A DNA stretch of 64,000 bases from Burkholderiales bacterium (GTDB lineage: Bacteria > Pseudomonadota > Gammaproteobacteria > Burkholderiales > Burkholderiaceae_C). The stretch's first letter is position 1. Each line of letters begins with the position of its first letter. The position numbers were made by a program, and so were the translations under genes. The notes below the pieces were generated by a model, which worked only from the letters and a program-made list of their open reading frames with translations, was not told where the DNA came from and ran no database searches. The stretch covers positions 30,927 through 94,926 of the forward strand of contig JBAWYQ010000001.1 of assembly GCA_037143475.1 (NCBI GenBank). Direction: 5' to 3'. Below are positions 47,503 to 56,067 of the stretch, one piece after another.

Positions 47503-48381
47503 TCAAAACACCGGCAGTGGCAACTTGCGCACCGCATCCACACCACCCACCCGCTCCAGATATTGCTCTTCTCCGCAATGCACATAGCGCTCGGCGTATT
47601 TCTGCCACCCGTCGGCCTCTTTGGCACTGGCAACATATTCCTTGAAGTGCTGGACATCAAAGCCATACAGTGGTGCGCAAGAACTGGGATGTGCGCCACA
47701 GGGCATGTGCACCACGCCGGTGGTCTCGGAGCGTTCCCAAAAAACGTAGCGCGCCTCATCACCTTGCGCGAAGTAGCTGCTGTCCACCAACTCATCACAG
47801 CTCACAAAGGTGTTTCTGGAGGCACGCGCAAACAGGTCGTCCATGTACATGTCCGGGCCCTTGATCTGACATACGCCCCGCGTGTCTGCTCGGTCCACAT
47901 GCAGCAAGGCCACATCCAGCGGCAGGGCCGGCATGGCGACCCATTCTTTTCCGTCGTAGGGCGAGGCCGTCAGGGCGATGGACGGATTGCGCTTGAGCAC
48001 ATCGGTGCCCAGACCCACGCGCGTGGGAATGTAGGGCACGCGCATGCCTGCAGCCTTGAGCCCCAGCATGAACAAGCCCTCGTCGATTTCCATCACTTCA
48101 ATGGAACCGCTTTGGCGCGCCATGCGGAAGTAGGGCTCCAGAGGAATGAAGTCGAGAGACACGAAGGCAAAGACCAGTTTCTTGACCTTGCCGGCGGCGC
48201 ACAGCATGCCTACGTCCGCACCACCATAGGAGACCACGGTCAAATCCTTCAGGGGTGAGCGCAGGATCTCGCGCACCAAAGCCATGGGCTTGCGCCGGGG
48301 GCCCCAGCCACCTATGCCTACGGTCATTCCGTCTTTCATTTGCGCGACCACATCGGCCGCGGACATTTGTTTATTGGACAT
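47503..48381 (-). CDS. CoA-transferase family I subunit A (IpdA/ScdL1-like)
   Basis: 292 aa; DGMTVGIGGWG opening is typical of glutaconate-type CoA-transferase A subunits. Confidence 0.85.
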   Translation of the reverse strand: MSNKQMSAADVVAQMKDGMTVGIGGWGPRRKPMALVREILRSPLKDLTVVSYGGADVGMLCAAGKVKKLVFAFVSLDFIPLEPYFRMARQSGSIEVMEIDEGLFMLGLKAAGMRVPYIPTRVGLGTDVLKRNPSIALTASPYDGKEWVAMPALPLDVALLHVDRADTRGVCQIKGPDMYMDDLFARASRNTFVSCDELVDSSYFAQGDEARYVFWERSETTGVVHMPCGAHPSSCAPLYGFDVQHFKEYVASAKEADGWQKYAERYVHCGEEQYLERVGGVDAVRKLPLPVF

Positions 48382-48386
48382 GGAAA

Positions 48387-49301
48387 TCAGGCCTTCTCTT
48401 CCAGCAAGCCCTTGCTCGAAACGCTGAAGTCATGCCCCCACAGACTGACGCGTGTGAATTCGTGGGCAATGTGCTGCTCCCAGTCGACGACGACACCGCC
48501 ATAGCCGAACTCGATATCGAAGTTCGACGGTGAGCGCATGTAGAACGACGTAACTTTGTCGTTGGTGTGCTGGCCCAGCGTGGCAGTTTGCTGCACCTTG
48601 TTGGCAAACATGCGGTCCATTGCACGGCCCACTTCGGGCATGTTTTCGACCTCGACCATGATGTGTACGCAGCCGCTTTCCACCGGAAAGCCCGCCAGAG
48701 CCAGGCTGTGGTGGCGACCGTTGTTGCAATGGAAGAAGTGGATGGGAAGCGTAGGACCCTGATCGCCTGCGGGCTTGAAGTTGAACAAGTCGGCCATGCC
48801 GAAACCCATCACATCCTTGAAGAAGGCGCAGGTCTTTTCAAACTCAGGTGCCGGCAACACGGTGTGACCCATGCCGATGTTGTCGGTGACAAAACGCGAC
48901 ACGCCCGCCGGTGAGGCAAAGTGCACAAAATCGGATTGAAAGCCCCAGACCAACTCATGGCAGTTTCCCGACGGGTCCTTGAAACTTGCCACCTGCTGGG
49001 CGCAGCGGTGCTTACACAGGGCCGCATCGCCCAGCGTGTATTCCACCTGGGCTGCACGCAGAACTGCCAGTGCGGCTTCAAATGCCGGTTGCCCGGCCAC
49101 TTCCCATCCGGATGCAACATAGCCGTCGCGCGCACCAGCTTGCACTGCTAAGCGGAACTGCCGCTCATCCATGCGCACATACAAACCACCTTCGGCTGCG
49201 GGCGCAGTCATCATGCCCAGCACACTCTCAGCGAAACTTTTCCATCGCGCCACGTCTGTGCTCTCTGCAATTACGTAAGCCAGTCCACGAATGTCCATCA
49301 T
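48387..49301 (-). CDS. tesB: Type I extradiol (meta-cleavage) dioxygenase, TesB/HsaC-like
   Basis: ATG 49301 with AAGGAA RBS. Two VOC modules with His/His/Glu iron-ligand context (MGHTVL, HHSLAL, FDIEFG). Leads an IpdAB/EchA20 operon as tesB does in C. testosteroni. Confidence 0.85.
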   Translation of the reverse strand: MMDIRGLAYVIAESTDVARWKSFAESVLGMMTAPAAEGGLYVRMDERQFRLAVQAGARDGYVASGWEVAGQPAFEAALAVLRAAQVEYTLGDAALCKHRCAQQVASFKDPSGNCHELVWGFQSDFVHFASPAGVSRFVTDNIGMGHTVLPAPEFEKTCAFFKDVMGFGMADLFNFKPAGDQGPTLPIHFFHCNNGRHHSLALAGFPVESGCVHIMVEVENMPEVGRAMDRMFANKVQQTATLGQHTNDKVTSFYMRSPSNFDIEFGYGGVVVDWEQHIAHEFTRVSLWGHDFSVSSKGLLEEKA

Positions 49302-49370
49302 GTTATGTTCCTTGTGCCCCGTCGGATCAGGGCCTATGCGTTTGATTGTGTGAAGACAAGGTCGGTGCAA

Positions 49371-49390
49371 CATCGTCCATTGAGACTAAC
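49371..49390. promoter_or_regulatory. Island dyad site H: CATCGTCCATTGAGACTAAC
   Basis: 70 nt upstream of the tesB ATG, in the 164-nt gap after the OYE gene. Confidence 0.55.
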
Positions 49391-49465
49391 GCGCACGCTT
49401 CTTTTGCATCCCTTTGGCGGATGCAACCCGACCCCCCCTCTGCAGCGGGCCAAGTTGCACCGGGA

Positions 49466-50524
49466 TTACGCTGCGGGGTAGTCGGTATAGCCCGCGGCTC
49501 CGGGCGTGTAGAGCGTCTTTCGGTCAAAGCGCGCTAGCGGCTTGCCGCTGCGCAAACGTCGCACCAGATCGGGGTTGCCAATGAAGTGGCGTGCGAAGGA
49601 AAGCGCTGTGTCGGGATGCTCCTGAAGGCTACCCTCTGCATTCTCTGGACCGAAACCGTCATTGAGGATCAGGCGTTCACCAAAGTGAGCACGGGCCATA
49701 GCAAAGGCATCGATTTCTGTCAGCGGCGAGCGCATTACATGCAGGTAAGCCAAATTCAGAGGGGCCGCCTGACGCAATAGTTCGGCGTGGGTGGCGGCAG
49801 AGTCCTCATCGCTGGTGTCGTTGTAGGTGTTGCCCGGATTCAGACGCAGACCGACGCGACCACTACCGATCATCAGCGCCATGGCCTGCAGGCACTCGAT
49901 GGCAAAGCGCGCACGGTGCGCCGCCGCACCGCCATAGCAGTCGCTGCGCAGGTTGGTGCCAGAGCAGAGGAACTGCATCGGCAAGTAGCCGCTGGTGCCA
50001 TGTAGTTCAACGCCGTCAAAACCGGCCTCGCGCGCATGCAGGGCCGCCTGTCCGTATTCATGCACTACGGCACGGACCTCATCCGTACTCAGGGCCTGCG
50101 GCAGGTCATAGGCTTGCATGCCGGCGCTGTCGGTAACCACTTCACCGGCCGCCTGCAGGGCGCTGGGGGCCACCGTTGCCACCCCCGCGGGTTTAATGTG
50201 ATGGCTGCCGATGCGCCCGCCATGCATGATTTGTAGCACGATCAAGCCGCCCCGTGCATGAACTGCATCGGTGACCTGTTTCCACCCGGCAATGTGCGCA
50301 CTCGTCGCGATGCCGGGCTGGCGGCAATAGGACTGACCGGCGGCACTGGGCCAAGTGCCTTCAGCCACAATCAGTCCGGCTTCGGCACGCTGGCCATAGT
50401 GTTCAGCCATCAGCGCGCCGGGCACGCCATCGGCGCCCGCACGGTTACGTGTCATGGGTGCCATGACGATGCGGTTGGCCAGTTGCAACTCACCCAGCAC
50501 AAGGGGTTCAAACAGACGGCTCAT
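49466..50524 (-). CDS. Old Yellow Enzyme-family alkene reductase (NemA/OPR-like)
   Basis: 352 aa; NRIVMAPMTRNRA, QIMHGGR, GFDGVELHGTSGYLPMQFL. Confidence 0.9.
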   Translation of the reverse strand: MSRLFEPLVLGELQLANRIVMAPMTRNRAGADGVPGALMAEHYGQRAEAGLIVAEGTWPSAAGQSYCRQPGIATSAHIAGWKQVTDAVHARGGLIVLQIMHGGRIGSHHIKPAGVATVAPSALQAAGEVVTDSAGMQAYDLPQALSTDEVRAVVHEYGQAALHAREAGFDGVELHGTSGYLPMQFLCSGTNLRSDCYGGAAAHRARFAIECLQAMALMIGSGRVGLRLNPGNTYNDTSDEDSAATHAELLRQAAPLNLAYLHVMRSPLTEIDAFAMARAHFGERLILNDGFGPENAEGSLQEHPDTALSFARHFIGNPDLVRRLRSGKPLARFDRKTLYTPGAAGYTDYPAA

Positions 50525-50525
50525 A

Positions 50526-51176
50526 TCAACGCACCCTCATCTTGGGCGCCGGCGTACCGCGCCGCATGGTTTTGAGAAACTGCTCCAGCGGTGCGGGTGC
50601 GGCCACTTCGGGCAGCGTGTTCTTGTCGGGCCGCTGGGCCCAGAACGCATTCCAGCTGGGGAACAGATCGTGAAAGCTGCCGGTGTAGGGCTCGCGCCCG
50701 GGCCAGCGCATCTTCATGTCGCCGATGGGCGGTTTGTTCAGGTCGCTGGCGTACCAGTAGCAGGGCAGGCGGCGGCGGAAAAACCACTGGCCGTCCATGC
50801 GCTCGTAATCGTCCCAGTAGAGCATTTGCATGGTGACCCACTCGGGGCCGCACTCGTGCTCGTTCTTGGAATAGACCATGCCGGTGGCATGGTCGGCATC
50901 GGCAAACTCGATGATGTGCTGGCCGATATGGTGCGAGGTGCCGGTGAACTGCTCGCGCAGGGTCTGGTCCTGCCAGGCCTTGAAATGGGCGCGGCCTACT
51001 TTCTCCTTGCCGACACGGATGTCGGGTGCGAACAGGTTCACATGGGCATCCATGTCGCGCATGTCCAGCGACAAGGCGTATTTGCCGGCCAGCTGGCGTA
51101 TGGCGTCCAGCGCTTCGAGCCGGTCTATGCGCTGCTCCAGGCTGGACGGCCAGTCGCTGCCGGGCATATCGCTCAC
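50526..51176 (-). CDS. SnoaL-like / NTF2-fold protein
   Basis: 216 aa, GTG start overlapping the upstream TGA. RIDRLEALDAIRQLAGKYALSLD is a typical SnoaL_4 opening. About 70 aa of C-terminal extension has no recognisable family. Confidence 0.65.
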   Translation of the reverse strand: MSDMPGSDWPSSLEQRIDRLEALDAIRQLAGKYALSLDMRDMDAHVNLFAPDIRVGKEKVGRAHFKAWQDQTLREQFTGTSHHIGQHIIEFADADHATGMVYSKNEHECGPEWVTMQMLYWDDYERMDGQWFFRRRLPCYWYASDLNKPPIGDMKMRWPGREPYTGSFHDLFPSWNAFWAQRPDKNTLPEVAAPAPLEQFLKTMRRGTPAPKMRVR

Positions 51177-51943
51177 AGTGCGGTCACCAGCACGGCCGAG
51201 CGTCCGCCATCCACCGGCAGGGTAGCGCCCGTGATGTAGGAGGCTTCGTCGCTGGCCAGAAACAGGATGGCATTGGCCAGCTCCAGCGGCTGACCGACAC
51301 GGCCCATGGGGATCAGCTTTTCGGTGGCCTTGCGGCTGGCCTCATCGGCCAGCATGCCGGCGGTGGCCGGGGTTTCGACCACCGCGGGAATGACCACATT
51401 CACCCGCACACCGGCGGGTGCGCCCTCGGCCGCAGCAGCGCGCGAGAAGTTGATGACGGCCGCCTTGGCGGCCGAGTAGCCGGCCATCCAGGCGGTGCCG
51501 AGCACACCGCAAATGGAGGACAGGTTGATGATCGAGCCGCCCCCGTTCTTCATCAGCCGCAGGGCTGTACGGGTACCCCAGAAAGTGCCGTCCACCGAGG
51601 TCGTGAAATTGCTGTGCCAGTCGGCCGTGCTGGTGGCTTCGATCGCGCCCCAGCTGTAGGCCATGGCGTTGTTGACCAGGATATCGAGCCGGCCGTGTCG
51701 CTGCGCTGCGGCCTCCAGTGCCGCGATGAAGCCAGCTTCATCGCTGACGTCGGCCTGTACGGCCTCGGCCTTGCCGCCCGCGGCGGCAATCTGCGCCACC
51801 ACCGCGTCCAGCGGCTCGCGACGGCGACCGCAGATGACGACGATGGCGCCTTCTTCCGCAAAGCGGATGGCGGTGGCGGCACCGATGCCGGTGCCAGCAC
51901 CGGTAATAAAGGCTACTTTGCCTTGGAGTCGACCTGTTGTCAT
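51173..51943 (-). CDS. SDR-family oxidoreductase
   Basis: ATG 51943 with GAGGAGG RBS (MTTGRLQGKVAFITGAGTGIGAA). YSAAKAA. Confidence 0.85.
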   Translation of the reverse strand: MTTGRLQGKVAFITGAGTGIGAATAIRFAEEGAIVVICGRRREPLDAVVAQIAAAGGKAEAVQADVSDEAGFIAALEAAAQRHGRLDILVNNAMAYSWGAIEATSTADWHSNFTTSVDGTFWGTRTALRLMKNGGGSIINLSSICGVLGTAWMAGYSAAKAAVINFSRAAAAEGAPAGVRVNVVIPAVVETPATAGMLADEASRKATEKLIPMGRVGQPLELANAILFLASDEASYITGATLPVDGGRSAVLVTAL

Positions 51944-51953
51944 GGCGACCTCC

Positions 51954-52688
51954 TCAGATAAAGGCGCTGCCGCCATTGACCGCCAGGTTCTGGCCGGTGA
52001 CAAAGCCGCTGTCATCGCTGGCCAGGAACAGCGCCACACTGGCGATGTCTTCCGGCTCGGCCATGCGGCCCATGGGCACGCCCTTGATGATGGCATCGGT
52101 CCATTCCTGGGGAATGCTTTGCATCATGGGTGTGTTGGTCGGGCCGGGTACCAGGGTATTGACGCGAATGCCCTGCGACGCCAGTTCCTTGGCCATGCTG
52201 CGAGTCAGACCCATCAAAGCCGCCTTGGAGGCTACATAGTGAGCCGGCCCATCGCCCGACACGGCGGCGGTGCTGGCAAGGTTGATCACCACGCCGCTGT
52301 TGCCAACTTTTTGCATAGCTCGCACAGCCTGGCGGGCGCAATAGAAGGCACCATTCAAATTGACGCCGATGACGCGCGCCCAAGTCTCGTCGCTGATGTC
52401 GGCAAAGGCGTCGACCGAGCCGATGCCCGCGTTGTTCACCAGGATGTCGATGCAGCCAAACAGACCGACGACTTCGTCACACAGGGCCGCGACGGCGCTG
52501 CTGTCTGCCACATTGAGCGCACGGGCAATGCTGGGCCCGGACAGACCTTCCAGCGATTGCTGTGCGCCCTCCAGATTCAGGTCGAGTGCCACAACGGTCG
52601 CACCCTCTTCAGCGAAGCGGCGCGCAATTGCACGCCCCATGCCCTGACCAGCGCCGGTTACCAGCGCCACTTTGTCCTTGAGTCTCAT
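51954..52688 (-). CDS. SDR-family oxidoreductase
   Basis: ATG 52688 with AGGAG RBS (MRLKDKVALVTGAGQGMGRA). YVASKAA. Confidence 0.85.
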   Translation of the reverse strand: MRLKDKVALVTGAGQGMGRAIARRFAEEGATVVALDLNLEGAQQSLEGLSGPSIARALNVADSSAVAALCDEVVGLFGCIDILVNNAGIGSVDAFADISDETWARVIGVNLNGAFYCARQAVRAMQKVGNSGVVINLASTAAVSGDGPAHYVASKAALMGLTRSMAKELASQGIRVNTLVPGPTNTPMMQSIPQEWTDAIIKGVPMGRMAEPEDIASVALFLASDDSGFVTGQNLAVNGGSAFI

Positions 52689-52756
52689 CTTTTGCTCCTG
52701 TGCAAGGCCGCCACTCGACCTGTTGCCAACAGCGTAGGGCGTTCCCGTATTGCCGC

Positions 52757-52776
52757 CATCGTCCAATGAGACTAAA
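52757..52776. promoter_or_regulatory. Island dyad site I: CATCGTCCAATGAGACTAAA
   Basis: 69 nt upstream of the SDR ATG (52688), at the outer edge of the island. Confidence 0.55.
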
Positions 52777-52827
52777 AATATTTCGGAGGCGCTCTGCCAC
52801 CTATGAGTGTCGAGTCAAGGGTTGACA

Positions 52828-52847
52828 CCTAGTCCAAGGAGACGAAT
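52828..52847. promoter_or_regulatory. Island dyad site J (weaker): CCTAGTCCAAGGAGACGAAT
   Basis: 71 bp beyond site I and 140 nt upstream of the same ATG. TAGTC-type left arm, GACGAAT right arm. Confidence 0.4.
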
Positions 52848-52957
52848 TGGGTGAATGGATTTAAGGGCATGCTTTGGTATCCAACTGGAATGCTTTGGCC
52901 AATTCGGGTAAATGATTATTCTGGTTCGCTCCCATCAAGCCCACTACAAGGTTCAAA

Positions 52958-53182
52958 ATGAATATCTATGGCGTTTGCAAGATCACTGTTGTATTTTTAT
53001 TGGCAATTTTGCTTGTTGCGTCGGTATTCGCGAATCTATCTTTTGGGCGATGGCCGTCATTTGAATTCAATTTCCATTCTGTTGAAACCACTCAGAAATC
53101 AGCGTATGGCACGCCGTTGAACGATCCCAATCACTTGGGTAGCTTGTCATTCTGGACTCTGATGTACAACGCCTATCGTTAG
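52958..53182 (+). CDS. Hypothetical small membrane protein
   Basis: 74-aa ORF with one hydrophobic helix (ITVVFLLAILLVASVFA) and a weak AAGG RBS. Followed by the hairpin CGACCTCAgaaaTGAGGTCG at 53223-53242. No homology recognised. Confidence 0.3.
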   Translation: MNIYGVCKITVVFLLAILLVASVFANLSFGRWPSFEFNFHSVETTQKSAYGTPLNDPNHLGSLSFWTLMYNAYR

Positions 53183-53589
53183 ATGAGTAGGGAAGTAAAG
53201 AACCTTCCACCTCAACGTTGTTCGACCTCAGAAATGAGGTCGCCATGGGAACAACCCGTGTGTCCAATAGAAACATCTGAGAACCAATTCACCAATGATG
53301 GAAGCCGTCCCTCGCTTACGGTCACCGAGTCTTGTCATTCCGGCCTATGACTGCTCGCGATGGACTAGTCATTCTTTGTTCGGGGAGCAATTTAACCGTG
53401 ACTGATGTGTCGCGTTTCCCATTTCGCGCAAACTGGACGAATCTCAAACGGCAGTACCTCCATTTTCCTTCAACCTGCGCTGCTGCTTGAACTGCTTTTT
53501 GCTCTGCCAAGCTGATGCATTTTCAGATGCTTCGCTGGTAAGTAGCGATTTTTGTATGCACTTTCTTCGACAGTACAGGTTTAACTAGC

Positions 53590-54852
53590 ATGACCAACTC
53601 ACTTGGCAAAACAAACGAACTCTCTATGCCTCAGACAAAACAATTGCAGACTGCCATTCGAACAACCAGAGCACCGGCATACAGTACCGACCCGGTGGTC
53701 AGAACGCATGTTCCCGAAGTTGCCACTAGGGATAGACAATCAATGCTGGAATCCTTTAGTCGGCAGGACCTGCTCGAGAAACCAACGCTGATCTACCCTT
53801 TTGAGAGCGCGCCGAAAGTAGGTGAAACTATAGAGATCGCACCGGGTGTTTATTGGATGCGCATGCCGCTTCCCTTTGTGTTAACACACATCAATGTATG
53901 GCGTCTCGAAGACGAAAACGGCTGGGCCATTGTGGACACGGGGATGAAAACAGACGAGACACTGGCGGTGTGGCGCAACTTTTTTTCCCAAGATGTCGCC
54001 GAAACCCGCCCTCTAACACGCATATTCTGTACCCACATGCACCCAGACCATATTGGGCTATCTGGGTGGTTGACACGCAAGTTCAGTTGCCAATTGTGGA
54101 TGACCCAACTGGAATATCTGAACTGCCGTGTTCTCACTGCCGACACAGGACGCGAGGCTTCAGAGAGTGGCATTCAGTTCTATTTGAGAGCTGGGTGGAG
54201 CGCGGTCGCTATACAAGGCTATCGGGAACGATTTGGCAACTTCGGCAAACACATTCATGCATTGCCCGAGAGCTATCGCCGAATTCGGGACAGAGAAGAA
54301 ATCAAGATTGGCGCCAATACATGGCGCGTTATTGTTGGAACTGGCCATTCTCTTGAGCATGCCTGTCTCTATTGCTCGGATTTGAAGCTGCTTATCTCTG
54401 GGGACCAAGTACTTCCCCGTATTTCATCCAATGTGTCGGTGCATCCAACAGAACCCGATGCAAATCCCATGCAGGAGTGGATGGAGTCTCTGGCGAAAAT
54501 AAAGCGAGAAGTGCCTGACGATGTCTTGGTTCTGCCTGCGCACAACGACTGTTTTAGGGGTCTTCATGCGCGCATCGACTATTTGGCAGAATCACAAAAT
54601 CGAGCTCTCAATAGATTGCGGAAAAATCTCGTGGAGCCGAAACGAGTCGTCGACGTATTTACCTCATTGTTTGACCGTGCCATCGAGGAATCTGATGGAG
54701 GATTGCTTCAATTGGCCACAGGAGAAGGCGTGGCTTGCCTGAACTATCTGTTCCATCGCGGCGAGATCACACGAGAGATTGATGGAAGTGGCGTTGCTCT
54801 ATATCAGATCGTCAAAAGTGTAAAAACCGTCGATGCAATCAAACACCTCTGA
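53590..54852 (+). CDS. MBL-fold metallo-hydrolase, diverged paralogue of 7695-8846
   Basis: HxHxDH (CTHMHPDHIG) and GHSLEH. Collinear with the island copy from TLIYPF to ALYQI (roughly 35-45% identity by eye). The start may be ATG 53743. Visibly lower G+C than the island copy. Confidence 0.85.
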   Translation: MTNSLGKTNELSMPQTKQLQTAIRTTRAPAYSTDPVVRTHVPEVATRDRQSMLESFSRQDLLEKPTLIYPFESAPKVGETIEIAPGVYWMRMPLPFVLTHINVWRLEDENGWAIVDTGMKTDETLAVWRNFFSQDVAETRPLTRIFCTHMHPDHIGLSGWLTRKFSCQLWMTQLEYLNCRVLTADTGREASESGIQFYLRAGWSAVAIQGYRERFGNFGKHIHALPESYRRIRDREEIKIGANTWRVIVGTGHSLEHACLYCSDLKLLISGDQVLPRISSNVSVHPTEPDANPMQEWMESLAKIKREVPDDVLVLPAHNDCFRGLHARIDYLAESQNRALNRLRKNLVEPKRVVDVFTSLFDRAIEESDGGLLQLATGEGVACLNYLFHRGEITREIDGSGVALYQIVKSVKTVDAIKHL

Positions 54853-54994
54853 CTTGACGGTCCTGCCTGTTGGCGTAGATGTGGCGCTTGATTCGCTCGT
54901 TCTTGAGACTGCTGACGAACGACTCTGCAACCGCATCGTCCCAACAGTTTCCAAGGCGACTCATGCTGGGCACGAGTTGGTTGTCAAGCCAATG
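54799..54994 (-). pseudogene. IS3-family transposase (OrfB C-terminal) remnant
   Basis: The minus strand reads HWLDNQLVPSMSRLGNCWDDAVAESFVSSLKNERIKRHIYA, then after a frameshift KSEVFDCIDGFY. This matches the conserved SMSRKGNCWDNAVAESFF..LK.E / ..IFDYIE.FYN end of IS3 transposases. No start and no catalytic core. Confidence 0.65.
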
Positions 54995-55114
54995 ACAAGG
55001 TCAGCACCTTCTCGAACACAAATATGTTCTCTATCGTGGGGATTTTTCATAACATCAACATCGTCATATGCAGGTCGTTACATCTACCGAGCGACCAATA
55101 GTTGAGTCTTACCC

Positions 55115-55513
55115 ATGGACCGTTTTGTTTCAGGCTGTGACAGCCAAAGTTGGCCGCTAATTGTTTCCTTTGGGATCCGTGAAGAGTGGATTGACCACTT
55201 GATAGAGAGCACACAAGGAACTCGAGCTGAAGCGATGAAATGGTTCGTTTTTGGTACTCAAATGCGTTCACTTAGAGAGTTAGACCTGAAATGGCGAGGC
55301 TCCATAGAATTGATGATTGCCTGCATACCAGCTTTTGACGAAAACATGATTAATATCGCATTCACCATTCTCGAAAATGAGGGTGCGAAGCTAGGCAGTT
55401 GTGTTTGGCTGGATGGAACCGGACTTGTTTCCAAACAAGCATGCCGATGCGCACGGGTAATACAGGTTGACGACCGCGGAATCGAGGGCATCGCACTTGA
55501 ACTTTTCCAGTGA
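55115..55513 (+). CDS. Hypothetical protein
   Basis: 132-aa ORF in the low-G+C region. No RBS or homology recognised. Confidence 0.25.
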   Translation: MDRFVSGCDSQSWPLIVSFGIREEWIDHLIESTQGTRAEAMKWFVFGTQMRSLRELDLKWRGSIELMIACIPAFDENMINIAFTILENEGAKLGSCVWLDGTGLVSKQACRCARVIQVDDRGIEGIALELFQ

Positions 55514-56067
55514 GCGTCGACTCCTTCAGTCATTTGTATTGCGGTGCAATTTGAATCCGTGAATGGAGCTTCACTTCGGTAATCTGTCGCCAACTCTACG
55601 GCGGTTTAACACGGCCATCGGCAAACTCAAGATACAGACTCAACACCTGGCATCAACAGATGTGAGGTGTCTCCCATGCGAATGTCCCCCGATGGCGTGC
55701 TTGGTGCGCTGCTGCGCAAACCAGCACCGCTCCCCAAGCAACCCACCGCGCCGACCTTGCCATGTGCTGGCCGGGTGCGCGATACGGTGAGCAGATGGCC
55801 CAATGCACCGTGCGCGGTCACCAGGTACTCCTTTGCAAAAAGTAGGACGAATTTGCCTGCACCAACGGGTAGAACGAATCTATGCGGAGTACGAATTGCA
55901 CGATAGCCCTCAGATAATTCGCACTAACTTAGGGTTGTTCTGAGGTGACGGTTACCGCATTTTTCGCTGGGCCGACAAGATGTAGGCGTAGGGTCACAGG
56001 ATCGCCTTCGCCGAACTTGACGGAGACTGTCGAATTAGACGGCTTATCAGTCAAACTCAGGTCAACG

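Noticed and set aside
55900-55935. ...AATTCGCACTAAC... looked like the inner end of a Tn3-family 38-bp inverted repeat (which ends ...ACGCTAAG).
   Set aside because: The required GGGG outer end is absent at the correct distance, and no transposase or resolvase gene is nearby.
55930-56060. Short minus-strand reading frame immediately after repA (…TDKPSNSTVSVKFGEGDPVTLRLHLVGPAKNAVTVTSEQP).
   Set aside because: It is under 45 codons, has only a TTG start candidate, no RBS and no homology.
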